The notes under the pieces are model-generated. The model was not told the DNA's origin, made no database searches, and worked only from the letters and a program-made list of their open reading frames with translations. From Octopus sinensis (taxonomy: Eukaryota), in assembly GCF_006345805.1 (NCBI RefSeq), contig NC_043012.1:27776001-27840000 (forward strand): a DNA stretch of 64,000 bases, read 5' to 3'. The position numbers and the translations under genes are program-made. Positions 59,562 to 64,000 of the stretch are shown piece by piece. Position 1 is the stretch's first letter, and each line of letters begins with the position of its first letter.

Positions 59562-62241
59562 ATCAAAATCAAAATAAATCAAAATAGATGAACATCAATG
59601 GAATTTGTATCTTTGTGGTACCAGTGCTGGTGGCACACAAGAAAACCATCCGAACGTGGCCGTAGCCAGTACCGCATCGACTGGCCTCCGTGCTGTGGGC
59701 ACGTAACAAGCACCATCCGATCGTGGCTGTTCGCCAGCCTCATCTGGCACCTGTGTCGGTGACACATAAAAACACCATCCGAAGACCCGGCAAGACGAGT
59801 CAGGCCATAACCCGTGGCCCCTACCAGGGACGTAGTCAGTCCACCTGTGCATACCTTCCTTCTTGTGACACTTGTGAAGACCGTTGAGGCAAGTGAAAAT
59901 CAAAATCAAAATCAAAACAAATCAAAATAGATGAACATCAATGGAATTTGTATCTTTGTGGTACCAGTGCCGGTGGCACACAAGCAAACTATCCGAACGT
60001 GGCCGTAGCCAGTACCGCATCGACTGGCCTCCGTGCTGTGGGCACGTAACAAACACCATCCGATCGTTCGCCAGCCTCATCTGGCACCTGTGTCGGTGGC
60101 GCATAAAAACACCATCCGAAGACCCGGCAAGACTAGTCAGGCCATAACCCGTGGACCCTACCTGGGACGTGCATACCTTCCTTCTTGTGACACTTGTGAA
60201 GACCTGTTGAGGCAAGTGAAAATCAAATCAAATCAAAATAGATGAACATCAATGGAATTTGTATCTTTGTGGCACACAAGAAAACCATCCGAACGTGGCC
60301 GTAGCCAGTACCGCATCGACTGGCCTCCGTGCTGTGGGCACGTAACAAGCACCATCCGATCGTGGCTGTTCGCCAGCCTCATCTGGCACCTGTGTCGGTG
60401 ACACATAAAAACACCATCCGAAGACCCGGCAAGACGAGTCAGGCCATAACCCGTGGCCCCTACCAGGGACGTAGTCAGTCCACCTGTGCATACCTTCCTT
60501 CTTGTGACACTTGTGAAGACCGTTGAGGCAAGTGAAAATCAAAATCAAAACAAATCAAAATAGATGAACATCAATGGAATTTGTATCTTTGTGGTACCAG
60601 TGCCGGTGGCACACAAGCAAACTATCCGAACGTGGCCGTAGCCAGTACCGCATCGACTGGCCTCCGTGCTGTGGGCACGTAACAAACACCATCCGATCGT
60701 TCGCCAGCCTCATCTGGCACCTGTGTCGGTGGCGCATAAAAACGCCATCCGAAGACCCGGCAAGACTAGTCAGGCCATAACCCGTGGACCCTACCTGGGA
60801 CGTGCATACCTTCCTTCTTGTGACACTTGTGAAGACCTGTTGAGGCAAGTGAAAATCAAATCAAATCAAAATAGATGAACATCAATGGAATTTGTATCTT
60901 TGTGGCACACAAGAAAACCATCCGAACGTGGCCGTAGCCAGTACCGCATCGACTGGCCTCTGTGCTGTGGGCACGTAACAAACACCATCCGATCGTGGCC
61001 GTTCGCCAGCCTCATCTGGCACCTGTGTTGGTGGCACATAAAAACACCATCCGAAGACCCGGCAAGAATAGTCAGGCCATAACCCTGGACCCTACCTGGG
61101 ACGTGCATACCTTCCTTCTTGTGACACTTGTGAAGACCTGTTGAGGCAAGTGAAAATCAAATCAAATCAAAATAGATGAACATCAATGGAATTTGTATCT
61201 TTGTGGCACACAAGAAAACCATCCGAACGTGGCCGTAGCCAGTACCGCATCGACTGGCCTCTGTGCTGTGGGCACGTAACAAACACCATCCGATCGTGGC
61301 CGTTCGCCAGCCTCATCTGGCACCTGTGTCGGTGGCACATAAAAACACCATCCGAAGACCCGGCAAGAATAGTCAGGCCATAACCCGTGACCCCTACCTG
61401 GGACGTAGTCAGTCCACCTGTGCATACCTTCCTTCTTGTGACACTTGTGAAGACCTGTTGAGGCAAGTGAAAATCAAAATCAAAATCAAATCAAATCAAA
61501 TCAAATCAAAACAAATCAAAATAGATGAACATCTTGTGAAGACCTGTTGAGGCAAGTGAAAATCAAAATCAAATCAAAACAAATCAAAATAGATGAACAT
61601 CTTGTGAAGACCTGTTGAGGCAAGTGAAAATCAAAATCAAAATCAAATCAAATCAAATCAAAACAAATCAAAATAGATGAACATCTTGTGAAGACCTGTT
61701 GAGGCAAGTGAAAATCAAAATCAAATCAAAACAAATCAAAATAGATGAACATCTTGTGAAGACCTGTTGAGGCAAGTGAAAATCAAAATCAAAATCAAAA
61801 TCAAAATCAAATCAAATCAAATCAAAATAGATGAACATCAATGGAATTTGTATCTTTGTGGTACCAGTGCCGGTGGCATACAAGAAAACCATCCGAACGT
61901 GGCCGTAGCCAGTACAGCATCGACTGGCCTCCGTGCTGTGGGCACGTAACAAACACCATCCGATCGTGGCCGTTCACCAGCCTCATCTGGCACCTGTGTC
62001 GGTGGCACATAAAAACACCATCCGAGCGTGGCCGTCTGCCAGCCTCGTCTGGCACTGTGTTGGTGGCACATAAAATCACCCACTACACTCTCGGAGTGGT
62101 TGGCGTTAGGAAGGGCATCCAGCTGTAGAAACACTGCCAGATCTGACTGACCTGGTGCAGCCTTCGGGCTCCTCAGACCCCAGTTGAACCGTCCAACCCA
62201 TGCTAGCATGGAAAGCGGACGTTAAATGATGATGATGATGA
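59562..62241 (+). repeat. Tandem array (~2.7 kb) derived from an RTE 3' UTR, ending in the element's (GAT)n tail
   Basis: Anchor ATAGATGAAC at 59584, 59927, 60238, 60560, 60871, 61172, 61521, 61589, 61673, 61741 and 61827. Confidence 0.95.
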
Positions 62242-62245
62242 TATA

Positions 62246-62470
62246 TAAAATAATATGTGACAATTATTCAATAGCCAAGATAAAACTCGTTTTTCAGATG
62301 GCCAGATAACCAAAGAGATGGTGTTGTGGATTTACACCTCTGCATCGGAAACTCAGAGTTTTATCTTGGCTATTGAATAATTGTCACATATTATTTTACA
62401 GATAAATTTCCTCTATTTACATAATATTGAGGTCTCTTTCTTTCTTTTGTTATCTTACTGTTTTTACCAA
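62246..62470. mobile_element. Second mini inverted-repeat cassette with degenerate hammerhead motif
   Basis: Perfect 43-bp inverted repeat 62246-62288 / 62356-62398. Confidence 0.6.
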
Positions 62471-63239
62471 TATATATATATGTGCATGTCATCAAACAAA
62501 CTCCAAGGAGGCTGGTTGTTGTGTCAGCAAGACATTTATTATGTAGTAAAATTGATAAAAGGAACAAAGTGAACTTGTCATTAGGAGTGGAAAATTCAAA
62601 GTTTCAGGTAGTGTCCTATAGGGGAAAAGTTGAAAGGAGAGAAATTAAGGAGAGACTGCAGAATTTTACATTCTCTAAATTGAAAAGACTGACTGTAACT
62701 CACAAAGAACACTGGATGACATGAGCTTCATATGTGAACAAGAAGTGATGGGAGAAACAATGTTAGAAGGAAGAAAGAATTATGGAGGCAAAGTTGCAAG
62801 TGAGATTAAGGGAAAAGATGAGAGAGAGGGTTTAATGGATAAGGAAGGGTTTAAAGAACAAGGAAGAGATGTAGGAGGAGAAGGTAAAATGTTATTGAAA
62901 CCAGTCAGTGACATGGTGCCAAGTTCAAATGTGAAACGTTGTTCCTTCCTTTTCTGTGAGAATGTGGATTCACAGAATTTCTGTTATCATACCATGGCAA
63001 ACTATTCTCGCTTCTTGTCACTGCCTTACCCTCACACATTAAGGACACCAGCCATGCCCTAAACCTTTTCAACTCATTCTCTTTTCCACATAATGAGTTC
63101 AAATTCCTTTCACCATGGACATCATATCACTATATACAATCATCCCCTATAATTATGGCCTTCAAACACTTCTGAAACTGTTGCCTTCTACCCAAACCTA
63201 GTAATACGACGCTCCTTCACCAAGCCAAACTTGTCTTAA

Positions 63240-64000
63240 CCCTTTCGTTACTAACCCAGCCGTACCCAGCCGAAAAATTTGTTTGGTTCATAATACCAAC
63301 CCGGCTGAGAGAACCTATTGTTATTTAAATGTAAATTCGAACCCAAATCTCGTTGGTACATTCGTTAAAACATGTGATTTCACTTTGTAAATAGTTGGCT
63401 TATAGTATCCGACATTGCTTGACGTGATATCTCAACTCAGTGAATTTTGGGATATTTTTTTCGGCATCGATTTTTCTTCAACTTTGAAAATGGATAGGAG
63501 TTTCATGTTATCAAGCATTGATTCTGAACTTAAAGCTTTTTCTACGGAAAATAGGGAGATATCGAGAAAAGGAATGAATGAGGTCCAAAAGCTTCCACAG
63601 TGATCGCTCCAAACAAGCATACTGAAAAAAAATAAAGTCTTATGGTTTCACTTCATAAGAAAGACTATAGATAGACTCTATCTCCTCAGAAAAATTGCTA
63701 ATGAAAACATTATTAAAGTTTTTTACTTCATTCCGATGTAAAATCGTCTTTGCTGTCGCCAACGCCGCTTTGATTCTTCGGAATCCCTGCTTTCATTTTC
63801 GGATAAAAAAATATCCTATTCATTATTGTACACCACGTGCTTTTGGACCTCATTCATTCTTTTTCTCGATATCTCCCTATTTTCTGTAGAAAAAGCTTTA
63901 AGTTCGGAATCAATGCTTGATAACATGAAACTCCTATCCATTTTCAAAGTTGAAGAAAAATCGATGCCGAAAAAAATGTGGAAAAAAATCTCCCAAAATT
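63240..64000. mobile_element. piggyBac derivative (same family as 49416-50629) in fold-back form; runs off window
   Basis: TTAA-CCCTTTCGTTACTA terminus. 63441-63592 is inverted at 63839-64000. Confidence 0.88.

Noticed and set aside
59562-62241. CRISPR-like repeat-spacer array or repeated small-protein genes
   Set aside because: Units are near-identical throughout with no unique spacers and no cas genes. The ORFs occur in many frames on both strands, as expected from a stop-poor repeat.
62482-63062. ORFs tested as the next NUP205 exon (contain RRLVVV)
   Set aside because: No convincing match to the expected downstream NUP205 sequence and no suitable splice sites.

Overview
AT-rich animal genomic DNA. 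The repeat families suggest an octopus/cephalopod; this is an inference and no search was run. The whole window lies inside one + strand gene, NUP205 (nucleoporin 205). I traced 15 GT-AG coding exons whose phases join into one open frame matching the C-terminal half of NUP205 as I recall it; the gene starts before the window and its last exons lie after it. Introns are packed with transposons: RTE, Tx1/L1, R4-like and CR1-like LINE pieces, two Gypsy relics, mariner/Tc1, four piggyBac-derived elements plus MITEs, Helitrons, a Penelope relic and tRNA-SINEs. Most notable: (1) an exact 41-bp copy of a NUP205 splice donor inside a mariner relic 6 kb downstream, creating a candidate poison exon; (2) small inverted-repeat cassettes carrying hammerhead-ribozyme motifs, with an intact core only antisense to NUP205; (3) a full-length RTE LINE with a single nonsense codon; (4) a young higher-order satellite built from an RTE 3' UTR; (5) a fold-back piggyBac made of two left ends.
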